DNA of 63,534 nucleotides, the filler included, from Reticulomyxa filosa (lineage: Eukaryota; Protista; Foraminifera): NCBI GenBank assembly GCA_000512085.1. It is 21 parts of 21 records of this genome, joined end to end, with 100 filler letters (N's around TTAATTAATTAA, not from the genome) between each part and the next. Parts side by side here need not be neighbours in the genome. Positions count along the whole stretch, not along the records: positions 13,088 to 16,504 come from ASPP01028933.1; positions 16,605 to 19,145 come from ASPP01011200.1; positions 19,246 to 20,413 come from ASPP01012446.1; positions 20,514 to 22,282 come from ASPP01043988.1; positions 22,383 to 23,680 come from ASPP01043335.1; positions 23,781 to 26,112 come from ASPP01023215.1; 15 more parts are not named here. One strand, given 5' to 3'. Positions 13,088 to 26,212 of this stretch are shown in pieces (position 1 is the stretch's first letter; each line of letters begins with the position of its first letter). A model generated the notes under the pieces. That model was not told where the DNA came from. It searched no databases and saw only the letters and a list, made by a program, of their open reading frames with translations. The position numbers and the translations under genes are program-made.

Positions 13088-16000
13088 AATTATGATGATT
13101 ATGAAGACATTAACAAAGATGATGATGATGACGATGATGATGATGATGATGATGACGATGCAGATGCAAAAGAATGGAAAGAAAAATGGTTCCCAATGGC
13201 CAATGGCATTGGTCTCGTATTGCTGTGTCACCACGAAAGCCACGTTCGATATTTTGCATATCTGTTTTTGATGAAACTGGCGCAGGTGCAGTCGATCTTC
13301 GCAGGAGGCAAGGTCGTGCCGACCACACGTCTACCGCATCACAGCAAGGAGCTTTCAGTCACAGTCTCGCAGCTGCAACAGTCCCATCCTTTGTATGCGT
13401 CACTGGGCAAGAGGCCCTCCTCCTTCGACGCCTTTAGCAATGGTAAGAAGATGTCGACAAAGACGATGCTGGATCCGTGCGTGCTGGACAAGACTGTGGG
13501 TGGACTCATCCAACTCCACGGTAAGGCAATCTGTCGCAAGGCATTGACCAGAGCCAATCGTGAAGCCAATGGACTCAGCGACATAGATGGATTTGGAAGC
13601 GTAAGTAATAGCAACACTACCAGTAATAACAGTAACCACAGTAATCACGGTAGTCATGGACACGTGGGCAGTCGCAGCGTCGCCGACATGATGGAATTTA
13701 GCTTCAGTAATTTGATAATGACAGATCGCAAGCATCACGAGACACTCTTGCCGCGACGCAAAACAGCCATATCATACGCGGCGCGCCATCTCGTGCGCGT
13801 GCCGACTTTGGGCAGTAAGGCCAAGGATCTTGGCTTCCACACTATCATTCGCATGGACGGCCTGGTGCTGTGCGTGGTATCGCAGCTGGCCAAGAGGGTG
13901 GTGGACGCTCATCTACATGACGTGGTCTACGCCGCATGCTCGTTTGTGTTGCAGCTGCTGAAGGACATGCCGCCCACCAATACAAAGACGTCTCGCAGCA
14001 GCGGTTGGAGCACGACAGACGAATGGAAGGATCACTCGTCGGCGGTGATACAATGGACCAATTTGCATACTCTTTTGTTTAGTATCGTCGGCGAAGGAAT
14101 TCCGGACCCTTTTTCTTTGAACGTGTCATCATCATCACCAGTGGTGGCATTGTCATCATTTTGCTTGGATCATCGAGACACTGGTCCATCCCTGAATCAA
14201 CAACCGGGACATCGAGGCACAGGCGGCATCCACTTTCAAAACACTTGCAAAGACGTGGAAAGATACTTGAATGAACACTTTTGGAATGTGTTGCAGGAAG
14301 ATGCTCCCTGGGTGCGTCCCGCCTTGTCGCACATCTTACAAGCAACGCATTGGGAACTGCTGCCCATTGTGCTCCATAGCATCGTCAGTCTGTTCCGGAA
14401 GTTACAGTCCAAACGTCAGGGTCGCACCATCGAGGACATTGTATTTGCGCTGCATCAAACTACTAAGATAGGCCAGTACTCCTCCGCCATCTATCACGGA
14501 GGGGAGGAGCTACTTAAACGCGTGTTCGATCTGGTCGACGCATTGCAAAAGGAGGTATTTCGTGCTAATCACATGGAAAAGCCCAAGTGGTTCAAAACGC
14601 AGTGCGAGTTCACCGAGTGCTTTGCCTTGCTGCTGCGAGCCTTATCTTGCATCGGCGCCCATCCACCGCTGCGACACCACTTTTGGACATTTCCCAAGGA
14701 CTGCTTGCGCAAGCAGGATATCGAGTCCAAGGTCGTGCAATTCCGCAGACTATGGCTATTGAACCAGGAGAAGCAGAGAGGGGTCGTCGGCTCTCGGCGA
14801 GTACGACTTGCTGCCACATGTCAATCACATGTCGGAAGAGGCGCGCTTCAAAATGCTGTTGTGGCTGTTAAAGTATTTGGACACCATTTTCAAAAGCTGC
14901 AATTTCAGTCACATTGCCAATGGCAATGGCAATCACGGTTATAGTGGCAGTAATATATCTAGTACTAATAGTGGTGGTAGCAATAGTGGTGGTGGTGGTG
15001 GTGGTATTATTGGTCATGGCAATACTGGTGGCAGTAACAGCAGTAGTAATAGCAGTGGTAATAGCAGTAGTAGTAGTAGTAGTAGTAGTAGCAGTAGTAG
15101 TAGTAGTATGGCAGTAGTGGTAGTAGTGGTAGTGGTGGTGGAAATGGCAATAGTGGTAGTATCAACAATAATGGTATCAACAACAGCAGTAATAATGCTT
15201 TGATGGATATCAACCCCTCTGGCTCTAATCTGGGTCTGCATGCGGGTGCATGTGCGATTACGATGATGAGTCCCATGGCCATAAGTCTAGGGGTGGACGA
15301 GAGCTACCAGCCGAGTATCGTTGCTGTGTTTACGGCATTGCAGTATCTGTTGAATATGGGACGAGTGTTCCCGTCCAAGCTGCTCTTCAACAATGTCGGC
15401 AATGGTAATGGCGTGAAGGAAGAAGATAGCAAATCGAAACAAGACCAGACAACGACGACAAAGACAATGTTTGCAAAGACATCTCTGCTGCGAAGTCAGG
15501 AAAATTACGTGGTGAATTTTTTACGAGGCGGCAATTTTGCGCCCGATGAGCTCGTGCAAGAGGTAGGAGACGGATCTTCGAAGCATAACACGATGCGCGT
15601 GTTGGAGGTATTGATCGACGCCGAGAGACTCCACTTTGAGGTCCTAACGCCGCTGCTCATGTTCCAATTCGAGCATTTGATCGGATTTTTCATCGACAAG
15701 GCCATTGGATCACGTACGCAGCCCATCGATCAGGAGGCCTTTGGAGCTGGTCTTGGACATGGAGTCGGAATCGGAGTGGGAGTCGGAGGCATTGGTGGCA
15801 GTGGTGGAAGCAATGGAGGTAGCAACAGCAATGGCAATGGCAATGGCAATAGCAATGGTAATAGTAGTAGTAGTAGTAGTAGTAGCAGCAGTGGTGGTGG
15901 TCCGCATTCGTTTTATTTGCACGCAATTGTAAATGTAATGTATATGAACACAACCGGACATGCGATCGACTGGATCGAATCGAGACAACACAACAACGAC

Positions 16001-16505
16001 TGGAAGATCCAACGGCCAATAGGCACTGGATTTCTGTCGAATGTGTTTTTGTACACACCACGCCTTTTGTTCCTGGGACTGGTCATGATCATCGAGCCCG
16101 ATGCACGCACGCGATGGAACGGTTTTTTGTGCTGCGCATCCTCGCCGACATCGTGCATGGCAAAGACCTCGTCGACCAAATCGACCAGTTCAAATTCGCC
16201 TTTGAGTCGTCCATGAGCTCGTGGGCACGTGCCAATGGCAAGCAGATTTCGAATCTGTTCGCGACATATTATCCTGCCATTGGAGGCGCTCTGTTCCGCG
16301 AGGCTATTAAACAAGCCGATGCGTGCGATTGTCGCGAGTGGATTACCACGTTCTTGAAGCCTTGGGCCAGAGCCATCCATTTGCATTGCAGCAACAAGGC
16401 CAATATCGACAACAAGTATATGCACTTCCATTCGCATTCCAACAACTTGCAATTGAATACGAATGCAAATACAAATCACTTGCAATCGAATACAAATACA
16501 AATAN
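13088..16505 (+). CDS. Furry/Tao3/Mor2-like alpha-solenoid scaffold protein, internal fragment with three frameshifts
   Basis: GLVLLCHHESHVRYFA, LLFLGLVMIIEPDARTRWNGF and SNLFATYYPAIGGALFREAI...WITTFLKPWARAIHL resemble conserved Furry segments (LAxxYPELTxxIFSE...LLPWMxNIEL) as I recall them. ORFs 13196, 14808, 15200 and 16114 join through single-base shifts. Confidence 0.6.
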
Positions 16506-16699
16506 NNNNNNNNNNNNNNNNNNNNNNNNNNNNNNNNNNNNNNNNNNNTTAATTAATTAANNNNNNNNNNNNNNNNNNNNNNNNNNNNNNNNNNNNNNNN
16601 NNNNATATATATATATATATATATATATATGCATATACATATATATACATATATAAAAAGTGATATTTATTGCATGTTTTGTTACAAAGAAAACAAAAA

Positions 16700-17806
16700 A
16701 TAATTGACAACTAACGAAATGACGGGTACATCATGATCACTGTAAAGTGGAAAGGCTGCATCGACTTGATTTAGTTTTTGTCGCAGATGGCTTTCTCGTA
16801 ACGACAACTGTGCACTTGTTGAAAAGGTCAAGACGTGGCTCATCAAATGCATCACCACATTGGGAATTCCAGTGAAGCACCAAAAATGGCCATTGGCAAT
16901 ATTGAGCAGCGTTTCATTTCTTCGCAACACGTGCAAAAAAATGGCTTCGCCAAATGCTGCATAGTCAAGTCGTCGGCCTGAAATCCGTAATCTTTCTTGT
17001 CGAGTGAGGATCTTTGTTAACAGTACAAATAGTTCACCGTGACGGCTGGCCTATGCATAAATATATGCAAATAATTAATAATAAATAAATAAAAACAAAC
17101 AAATATATATATATATTTATTATTGTTATTATTGTTATCAACAACAATCAACATTGCGTCCTCTTCTTCCTCTTTGTGATGTTTTTTGATAATTTGTTCT
17201 CAAATGAACCTCATTTAGATCAACGGAATAGGGCTGGAATGCGAACAGATGTCGTATAGTTGAGAAAATTGGATATTGATGGACGACCCATTGAAAATGT
17301 GATCGAATCAATTCCATCAGCTCATAGTTTTGTTTGGTATTCCGCTGCGAGGGAATGGAATTTGGAGTGGAGCTACGACTCATGGATACAGATCGCTCCA
17401 CGTCGTTGGCAAAACCTACTCGTTTGCGTCCATGCGTTCCGTTGGCATTGTCGTCCTCATATCACCGCTATTCGCTGCCAAATCCACAAGTTCGTTGTCA
17501 TACTCAATGTCATGAGCATGCACGTTGGCATCTGCGGTGGGAGCCAGGTGGGCGTCATGATCCCATTGATATTCGAGTAATGAGGTCAAGGGATGCGAGT
17601 GAGCAACCTCATTCACAATTTCATTCGCATCCGGAGCAATGAGTGGATCCGGGGCACTTGGTATGACTTCCTGGTTGTTTTGTTCCAAAAGGATTTGTTC
17701 GACATCCCAATCAAGTGCCAAAAAACTTGTGGGATCAGTGTTCGTAGGACCAGTTTCAAGTGTTGTTTGTTCCAATGGCATCAAGGCATTGATATTATTA
17801 TTATTA

Positions 17807-17837
<31 letters not shown>

Positions 17838-19060
17838 CATCATTAACATTATTAATATTATTATCATAATTGTTATCGTACTTGTTATCATCGTTATTAT
17901 TACTGTCATTGTTATTATTACTCGTATTAGTATTGATACGGACAGTTGAAGTTGTAGTTGGATTGATTAATGCAGGGCTTTTTTTGGATCTTTGATCGAG
18001 AAGATCATTGCTGATGGCCTCTGAATAACTGCGCTTTTTTCCACTTATTTTGTGATTATTGCTTCGTGAAGTATCATTGCTCTGATTCGCTATTTGAGAC
18101 GGCTGCTTTGATTTTAATTTTGATTTTGATTGTTCATCTGACAATCAAACACAACATCAATTACACACTATATATATATAATATACATATATACATATAT
18201 TGTACTTCCTTATTTTGTGTCTCTCTCTCTCTCCCACTATTACTCTCAAAGAAAAAGAATAGAGTGAATAACATTCATGAATGACAGAGTCAATATCAAG
18301 TATTGCCAACGCATTGTCGCTGCACTCACTATCAAAAGACGCATGACAAAAATTGAAATCGTTTTTTTGGTTTTCAAGCGTTGTATTTCCGATTGTGTTC
18401 GTCGTTATCGTTACTGCAGGGCCCGCTTTTGTTCTTCCCTCCCATTCATTGGTCTCCTTTTCCTTCCTCGCTATCGCAACGGCAGTCTTTGTATGCGTGT
18501 CATGTCCAACTCCAATGTCATCACGAGTGCTACCAACAGTCACTGTTGTCTTTGGTTTTGGGTTTCGGCTCTGTTTTGTTGAGACCGTGGCATTATCCGT
18601 ATCTGGGGATGACAGGTCTCTCAGCGAGGAGGTCTTCTCTGTTTGTGATAATGGCTTTTCAATTGCAACGGAGTGATCTCCAGCTATTGATTGGCCGTGT
18701 GTATTACAAGATATCGAGGAGGTACTTATCGACGACGAGGACAATGGTAAAGGTAAGGGACGATTGTGATTATCATTGTGATCAGCATTGTGATTGTGAT
18801 TATAATTGACGCTGTGAGTTGGACGAGGCTCTATATTTGTGCTTGACTCTGTCTCGGAGTTGTGATTGGTCGGAGCATCGCACGTTTGTGCCGAGTGCTG
18901 AGACGTAGCGGGTAGCGGCAATGTAACAGGATTGCTTGCGTTCGTATCGTCGTTGGTTTCATTGTCCAAATAGTCTTCCAATTCCAATTCTTCGTTCACA
19001 TCCCACATTGTCTTTTCCACTTCGCTGATTATCGAATCCGAACAATCTGAAGTGTGCGCT
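16700..19060 (-). CDS. Hypothetical protein with a long S/T/N-rich disordered region
   Basis: Co-oriented ORFs 18157-19020, 17416-18144, 17138-17401 and 16682-16936 are separated by AT-rich introns and one frameshift. No recognisable domain. Confidence 0.55.
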
Positions 19061-19106
19061 GTTCATATGTCGAATTTACAAAAGGATGAGTTTAAAATAA
19101 CTTCAT

Positions 19107-19145
<39 letters not shown>

Positions 19146-19245
19146 NNNNNNNNNNNNNNNNNNNNNNNNNNNNNNNNNNNNNNNNNNNNTTAATTAATTA
19201 ANNNNNNNNNNNNNNNNNNNNNNNNNNNNNNNNNNNNNNNNNNNN

Positions 19246-19283
<38 letters not shown>

Positions 19284-19284
19284 G

Positions 19285-19905
19285 GGTGGTGGTCAAATGA
19301 TGGTCGCAACAGATGCTCGAAATAACACTCGATGCATGATTGACAGTCCAGAACTTGCGGACTTCATTTTTAAGCGTGTAAAGAAATGGCTCCCCGAGTT
19401 TTGGGAAAAGCATAAATTGATCTCGTGCAATGAGAGATTGCGTTTTCTTAGATACCATCCAGGCAACTGGCCCCAACATTAAATCTTTTTTTTTTTTTTT
19501 TTTTTAAGTACATGTCAGAGTGTGAGCACACTCAAACACGTGTACGTATATCAATATCAATATATAGTAACTATACATATATGCATACATGTATGTCTAT
19601 GCTCATGTTTTCGGGGGGGGGGGAAAAAAAGGAGAGTTTTTTGCAGTGCATCGAGATGGAACGTATATGCGAGAGAACGGTGAACGAAGCTACATTACGC
19701 TGCTGTTTATTTGAATGAAGGGTTCGAAGGTGGACACACGACTTTGATTCACATGACTGACAGCAAACAAAATTTACCGATCACGCCAACCCAAGGGTCT
19801 GTCTTGTTGTTTGAGCATCTTATATGGCATGAGGGCTCTTTGTTGAAAGAAGGGGTTAAATATTTGATTCGCACCGACATTATGTACAGCAAAGAAAAGT
19901 GTTGA
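19285..19905 (+). CDS. 2OG-Fe(II) dioxygenase (prolyl-4-hydroxylase-like), 3' part
   Basis: RNNTRCMIDS...NERLRFLRYHPG|EFFAVHRDG (HxD), then YLNEGFEGG.T, GSVLLFEH..WHEG and KYLIRTDIMY. Intron 19463-19631; one 1-nt frameshift near 19707. Confidence 0.85.
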
Positions 19906-20513
19906 GTTTGTTGTTCGCGGTCCTTTTATAAGATTAAACAACCTTTTGTTCTCTGGCGGTGTTAAATCGTGACTAATCAAGCAAGGAAAGAAAAAACATT
20001 GAATCTTTTCTTTTTTTTTTTTTTTTTTTTTTGCTCATTCAACAAAGTGTCAAATTTCAATCGGTTACTCTTTCGCAATACTTCCATTAAACTTACTTTT
20101 AAAGAGATTTTTTTTTTTTTACACAACTGAACCAATCACAAACCCTTAGATTACAACAAGGGAAAAAAAAAATAGGAATACATCAGCATGCAACAAAGAT
20201 ACTTTTTTAAAAAAGCCGGCTGAACATAGAGGAGTGGAAGGACATGTATGTATATGTCTAAAAAAAAAAAGGGGTATGCCTCTCACTAAATTAAAAAAAA
20301 AAGCTTGAAAAATAGCGAGATAGAAAAGATTACAAGATTCCCAACAAAAAAAATAAAAAAATTAGCATCAATAGCAAGGACAATAGTGACATATTAATAA
20401 ATAGTAAGACAGTNNNNNNNNNNNNNNNNNNNNNNNNNNNNNNNNNNNNNNNNNNNNTTAATTAATTAANNNNNNNNNNNNNNNNNNNNNNNNNNNNNNN
20501 NNNNNNNNNNNNN

Positions 20514-20750
20514 CACTTATCCACTCAATAGTATAGACATTTTTGGGTTTGTCTTCTTCTACTGGTTTTTTTTTGTATATCTGTGGTGGTAAATTTTCGC
20601 TTTCTTCATCAATATCCATCGCCACATGTTCAGTTTTGCACTCCATTTGGGGTTCTCGCGAATCAAGTTGCATGAATTGTTTTGTTCCTTTGTGAGACTG
20701 TCAATATTTGCCGTCCAATCTAAGCAACCACAAACCAAATTCATTCTTCA
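20514..20750 (-). CDS. Hypothetical protein fragment
   Basis: Coding-like ORF (MQLDSREPQMECK...) running into the spacer. No domain recognised. Confidence 0.3.
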
Positions 20751-21865
20751 AAACAAGACAACGCTTTTTTTTATATTTAACGTTAGTATCTGGAGAAGTC
20801 GGTTCTCTAAGGTTTTGTCGAACAGTTCAAGAAAGGAACACAAACGAGAACGAGAAAAAAGTAAGTTTAAGAAAGGTGTTCTTCCGTAAAACAATTTCAC
20901 GTTGCAAATTTGAAAAAAGAAGAAAAAGCGATGTGTGATGTTATAAAAAAGATCAAATAACATAAATTTCCTTAAAAAAGCACCTATTCTATCTTTTACT
21001 TTGCAATTTTAAATAATATAGTTTAATTGTTTCAAAAAATTTCAGTTTTTTTTACGACAGCTTTTTCTTTTTTCAAAGAACTTGAAGTTTTTTGAAATTT
21101 TTGCTTTTTTTTGTGATTTTGTCGTCATTTGTTTTTTACTCTGTTGATAGTTTTTGTTTTTAATATATTTATTCAACTAATTTTGTATTATTCATTTTGC
21201 CTGTAAAATTTTTTGAAAATTCTTAAAAAAGTCAGCAAATTCATGGCCACTGCACAGACATGACTGCCAACCTTTTCCCAAATTTTAAAAAAGTAACCAA
21301 ATGTTCAAATTAACGATTTGTAAAGATGTAACAAAAAACTAAAATCAAAACGAATTAAAAAACTACACGATTCGTAGCTATTTTTTTAAGATGAAAAAAA
21401 AATTGGTTTAGATATTGTTTCTTCAGAAAAAACCAATCATCTCTATGTGCTGAGGTGTCAACCTTCTTTTGCATTCTACTTTATCATAAAACATCTCCAA
21501 AAATTTTTAACTTTTGGTTTTATTTTCAAGCTGAATAGTAACATAATATTTGACAACAAGTTTGTTAAAATTAGTATCTTAATTGATTCGAGATTCAAAC
21601 ACAATGTTTTAAAATTAATTTCGCAACTTGTTGTTATTATGAGAGCGTAAACTAGTATTAGATATTTCCGCTGAACTACATGTCTTTGTTTCTCCTTTTT
21701 GAGAATTATTATTTAGTAATTTTTCTGTATATTCAATTTTAACTTTTGGCTTCGTAATTTATTTTTTGAAAAGATAGTCAGACTAAAGTGTTTTTCTTTT
21801 TTCATTAAAAAAATTAAAAGACAAATTTATAAACTAATCCAATTGAAGAACAGTTTGACGATAGT

Positions 21866-22282
21866 TTAGGGTGAACCATGTGCATCAATTTTCTGATAAA
21901 GTAAAACAGTGGCATTAGCAAAGTTGTTATATGACGGAGAAATATCTTCGAGGGAAATGTAACTGTCATTCATTTTGTACCATTTCTTATCGTAAAATCG
22001 ACGAACATGAGCAATATAATGCCCAAAATCCGAGCTACTGCCACTATGATTACATACTCCACACAACTGATAAGTTTGTGAGTTCAAAATGAATTCTTCT
22101 TTAAAGGAAACATTGTGATTGTATTTTGAAGAGCTATACGAATAGGAATTAGTACGCGACCAAAAAGGGCCAGAAGAAGGAGAAGTAAAATTATACTGAT
22201 CAGTTTTGGCTCTTTTCAAATGAATAATCAGGTATTGTGGACCAACCAATAGTTTTTTTTGCAAAGTAATAGTACTTCTACA
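21866..22282 (-). CDS. Ubiquitin-specific protease (peptidase C19), C-terminal part
   Basis: PQYLIIHLKR, His box YQLCGVCNHSGSSSDFGHYIAHVR, KWYKMNDS and ATVLLYQK. Confidence 0.88.
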   Translation of the reverse strand, partial: CRSTITLQKKLLVGPQYLIIHLKRAKTDQYNFTSPSSGPFWSRTNSYSYSSSKYNHNVSFKEEFILNSQTYQLCGVCNHSGSSSDFGHYIAHVRRFYDKKWYKMNDSYISLEDISPSYNNFANATVLLYQKIDAHGSP

Positions 22283-22419
22283 NNNNNNNNNNNNNNNNNN
22301 NNNNNNNNNNNNNNNNNNNNNNNNNNTTAATTAATTAANNNNNNNNNNNNNNNNNNNNNNNNNNNNNNNNNNNNNNNNNNNNTATCGTTTTAGGCGTTCA
22401 GTTTTCTTTGCAACCTACT

Positions 22420-23090
22420 GTAAATTATTCAAATTTTGATGCGAAAATATAATTATGGATTACAGATGAATTAAATTTATTATTTATGCAATGTGAAATT
22501 CTTCAAATGAATTGTGCTGCACAAATTATTGCTTCTGATTATTTTATATTTTTGCCTCTAGAAATGATTATTGCCTTTATTTCACAAGATAATATTGATA
22601 TCAAAGAAGAACTTATCTTTCAATAATGTGTTAAATGGTCACAATATCAAACATTAAAAAAACAACAATCCAATCAAACAACATCTTTATCACTTGCTTA
22701 TTCTCCATCTTTTATTGATACAAACAAACAAGTTGAAAAGAATTAATGGTTGGAGTTATGACATTGCTTACAAAATATAATAATAGTTTTTATTACAAAA
22801 ATATTGATCAACTTTTTAACAAACTTAATGGCGTTTATTTTACCAATGAATTTGTTGAATATAGCTATTATCGTGATTTCACTCAATGTGTCATTTGTTG
22901 TGGAAAACAATGCTTACATTAATTTGCTAATACCAAATATAATCAAATGCCAAGTCGAAATACAGACAATCAGCTTAATAATGTTCTCGATTTACTTGCA
23001 CGTTACAAGGGTGATATCATCAAAACTCTTTGAATTGCAAAGAGTGGAAAATATATTTTTATCACAATTGACGTTGTCAAGGAATTGATG
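22420..23090 (+). pseudogene. Degenerate BTB-BACK domain gene fragment
   Basis: CAAQIIASDYFIFLPLEMIIAFISQDNIDIKEELIFQ*CVKW matches a BACK-domain pattern but has an in-frame TAA and further breaks downstream. Confidence 0.5.
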
Positions 23091-24289
23091 TTGTTTCTAA
23101 TACTTATTTCCCGGCCATTAATAAATTACATTAATTATTTGTTAATCAGTTTTATACTTACCAATTTTAAAGTTTTTTTATTCTTCCATTTACTTATTTT
23201 TATTTTCATATGAATTGGTTTAATTGACATACTTTCTCCAATAATATGTATAATCTTCAAGTTTTAAAATTTCATAACAAGTAGGTAATTGATAATATTG
23301 AAAAATATTATCTTCATTATATTTAATTGATAATACTGTTCTCCAACAAAATAATATAATTTCATTTTTTGATTTTGATTCAAAACAATGATAACGAATT
23401 ATCATTTCCATAGCTTTAAAAAAATTCACAATGCATCTGATCCTATCGAATTGAAAAAAGTTATTTTTCGTCAAGATTAATACAAATAAACATAGTACAT
23501 ATCAACACAGAGAGCAATCCTGGAAAGTATTTTAAAAAAAAGAAATTGTTGCTCATCGATGTTCACGAGTAACTTGCTGAAACAACAAAACATATCTATC
23601 TTTTGGAATAATGTAAATACAAAAACTGATAATACAGTGGTAAAATGTAACCAATAAAAAAAGAAATTGTTTTTCTATTGNNNNNNNNNNNNNNNNNNNN
23701 NNNNNNNNNNNNNNNNNNNNNNNNTTAATTAATTAANNNNNNNNNNNNNNNNNNNNNNNNNNNNNNNNNNNNNNNNNNNNTTTTTGTATTCAAGTGATTT
23801 TAAAATTGAAAATAAAAAAATAAAACATACCAATTGTTGTTTTAACATTAGATTGTAATTATTTATTCATTTTTGAAATTTCCTCACATATGATATTCAA
23901 TTCATTAATTTGTTTTTTCCGATTATTTTGCTTTGTAATACTTCCTCTCACAGACAATCACAATCTGAATAATCCATACATATAAAACATGGTTAAACTC
24001 TTTTTCTCAAATTGAATGAAGGACACTTTCAAAAATACTTTGAATTACATCTTGGTATGTTATTTTTTTATTTTTTTTGTAAAAATACATACAACGACAA
24101 GTTGTTATATTACTGAATAATCAAATGTGAGATTACATAATATTCTTGACATGATTTATGTAAAATTGATATTTATTTTCACACAATCTAAGATTGGATG
24201 TTGTATTATCTAATCCAAATTATCATTCATTTATTTTTTATCAATGTATCCATTCATTTGTTCTTCTGAAAAAGACTACAAATATATCA

Positions 24290-24875
24290 TTGATATTTTT
24301 TTAACTCTTAATTGTAACGATCTTGGACATCTAAAAATCAAAATAAGTCATTTGTGGACTAAATATTCTTCATCCAAAATTGATTGCTCACAATTGGGAT
24401 ATCCAATGAATCAAGGTCCTGGAAAGGGTGAGCATAGCGGTGGTGGATATGGAGCGAAAGGAAAAGGAAATGATTGAACAGGTGGAGAAATGTATGGAGA
24501 AAAGACTTTGTTGAAACAAATTCATTTTGAAAGTGCATTTAATTACATTGGAGGAAGTGGTGGTGGAATAATTGAACTAATAATTAAACAACAATTGATC
24601 AATCATAGATGATTCAATTCAATGGAAGGGATGGATGGAATGGTGATGATGGTGGAAGTGGAGGATCAATATTGATTGAATTGCAATATCAATATCAATT
24701 TCAGTCTCATTTAAATAAATTGAAACAAATTTTTGGACTATCACAGTATTGAAGGCAATCGAAATAATGGAATATATAAAGGTGGAAAAGGAAGAATTAC
24801 AATTTATGGTATTGAATTATCATCAGATGATATTTTAAAAATTGATCCAAAACCATTTAATAGACTTCACAAATA
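24290..24875 (+). pseudogene. Degenerate glycine-rich family protein
   Basis: SKIDCSQLGYPMNQGPGKG..GGGYG..*..GEMYGEKTLLKQIHF..GGSGGGIIEL..GGSGGSILIEL..GGKGRITIYG, with several stops and frameshifts. Confidence 0.55.
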
Positions 24876-25419
24876 ATTTCATTTTTTGTTTTCAGATGAT
24901 TTTTATTTTACTAGTTTCAAATTATTTTTTAATTTGGAAATGTAAATGTTTTAAAATGCAATCAATCTACTTTCAATGCTGACTTTAATCATCGCAAAAA
25001 AAAAAATCATATTTGTTGATAAATGTGAAAAAAGACTTTATGTGCTAACTATACAAAATATTATTATCTTTTAAGAATATTTTAGAATAAAGAAGAAACA
25101 AATGAATTATATTATATTAATTAATTAAATATTTCATAGCATATTACATTTTGAGATTTTTTAGTTCTAAATTTAGCAGGTAAACATGCGTCTATAACTT
25201 TGTCAAGGTTTTGATACTTTCGTGAGCTGTCTGCTCCGCAGTGTTTATGCATTTGTTGAGCCGAGGAATAGCGGAAAATTTTAAAATCACAAGAATTTTG
25301 TATTTCTTCTCATATGATTTCAACCTTTAGAATACATTTTCTTTTTTTACCTTTAAAAGTGAAAACAATTTTGTGACCGAAATTTTCTCACAATTTATTT
25401 ATGTTTGCTATACATATTC

Positions 25420-25887
25420 AAAGAAAAATATGTTCGTTGAAAACATCAGATTTAGTTTATTGTAAACCATTTTGTAAAATAATTAAATACTGACATATTC
25501 ATCACAAAGGAAACAAATTAATATGATATTTGTTCAAATTATCGAAATTATTCGATACAATATTATCTGGGTCACATGATGAAAGTGTTCGTTTGTGGTA
25601 AACAAATTCGAGTGTTCAACTGACATACAAATTGGGTATATGTTGTTGAATATTCACCATTGTAATAAAAAATAGTATTGGCAAATTCAAATGTGATATA
25701 TTCTGGATCATGTGATAATGTAATTCGTTTTTGGGATATTCGATAAAATGAGATAAGAATGAAGATTATGGAATAACTTGTCTTACATTTATTGGCTTGA
25801 AAAAGAAAGAAAAGACAAAGGATGTCATGTATGATTTGAATTTGTGTTATGGTTTACGCAAAGGTTCCACTCGTATTTGGGGATAAT
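25420..25887 (+). pseudogene. Degenerate WD40-repeat gene
   Basis: ILSGSHDESVRLW, HTNWVYVVEYSP, SGSCDNVIRFWDIR and the family-type 3' end NLCYG..KG..RIWG*, with stops and frameshifts. Confidence 0.6.
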
Positions 25888-26212
25888 TTACTTTTTGTTG
25901 AAAGTTTTTTTTTGAAACGTTTGATTAAAAGATGATATTACATTTGTTTAATTTTAATTGAATGCAAGCATTGAAAGATATGTTTTATTTTACTTTGTTG
26001 TTTAAAAAATTGAAAAAGCTGCGTTCAATGTTTTTTGAAGAATTGAAAATTACAATAAATAAAAATTGTATCCAATATCAAAATAAATTGCAAGATATTT
26101 CAAGTATTGTATNNNNNNNNNNNNNNNNNNNNNNNNNNNNNNNNNNNNNNNNNNNNTTAATTAATTAANNNNNNNNNNNNNNNNNNNNNNNNNNNNNNNN
26201 NNNNNNNNNNNN

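Noticed and set aside
22600-22660. Stop-codon reassignment (TAA or TGA read as sense)
   Set aside because: Intact genes end in TAA, TAG and TGA and their long exons contain no internal stops. In-frame stops occur in segments that are otherwise degenerate.
25195-25245. Hammerhead ribozyme on the minus strand (CTGCGGA...GAAA)
   Set aside because: The core deviates from CUGANGA and GAAA does not directly follow stem II.
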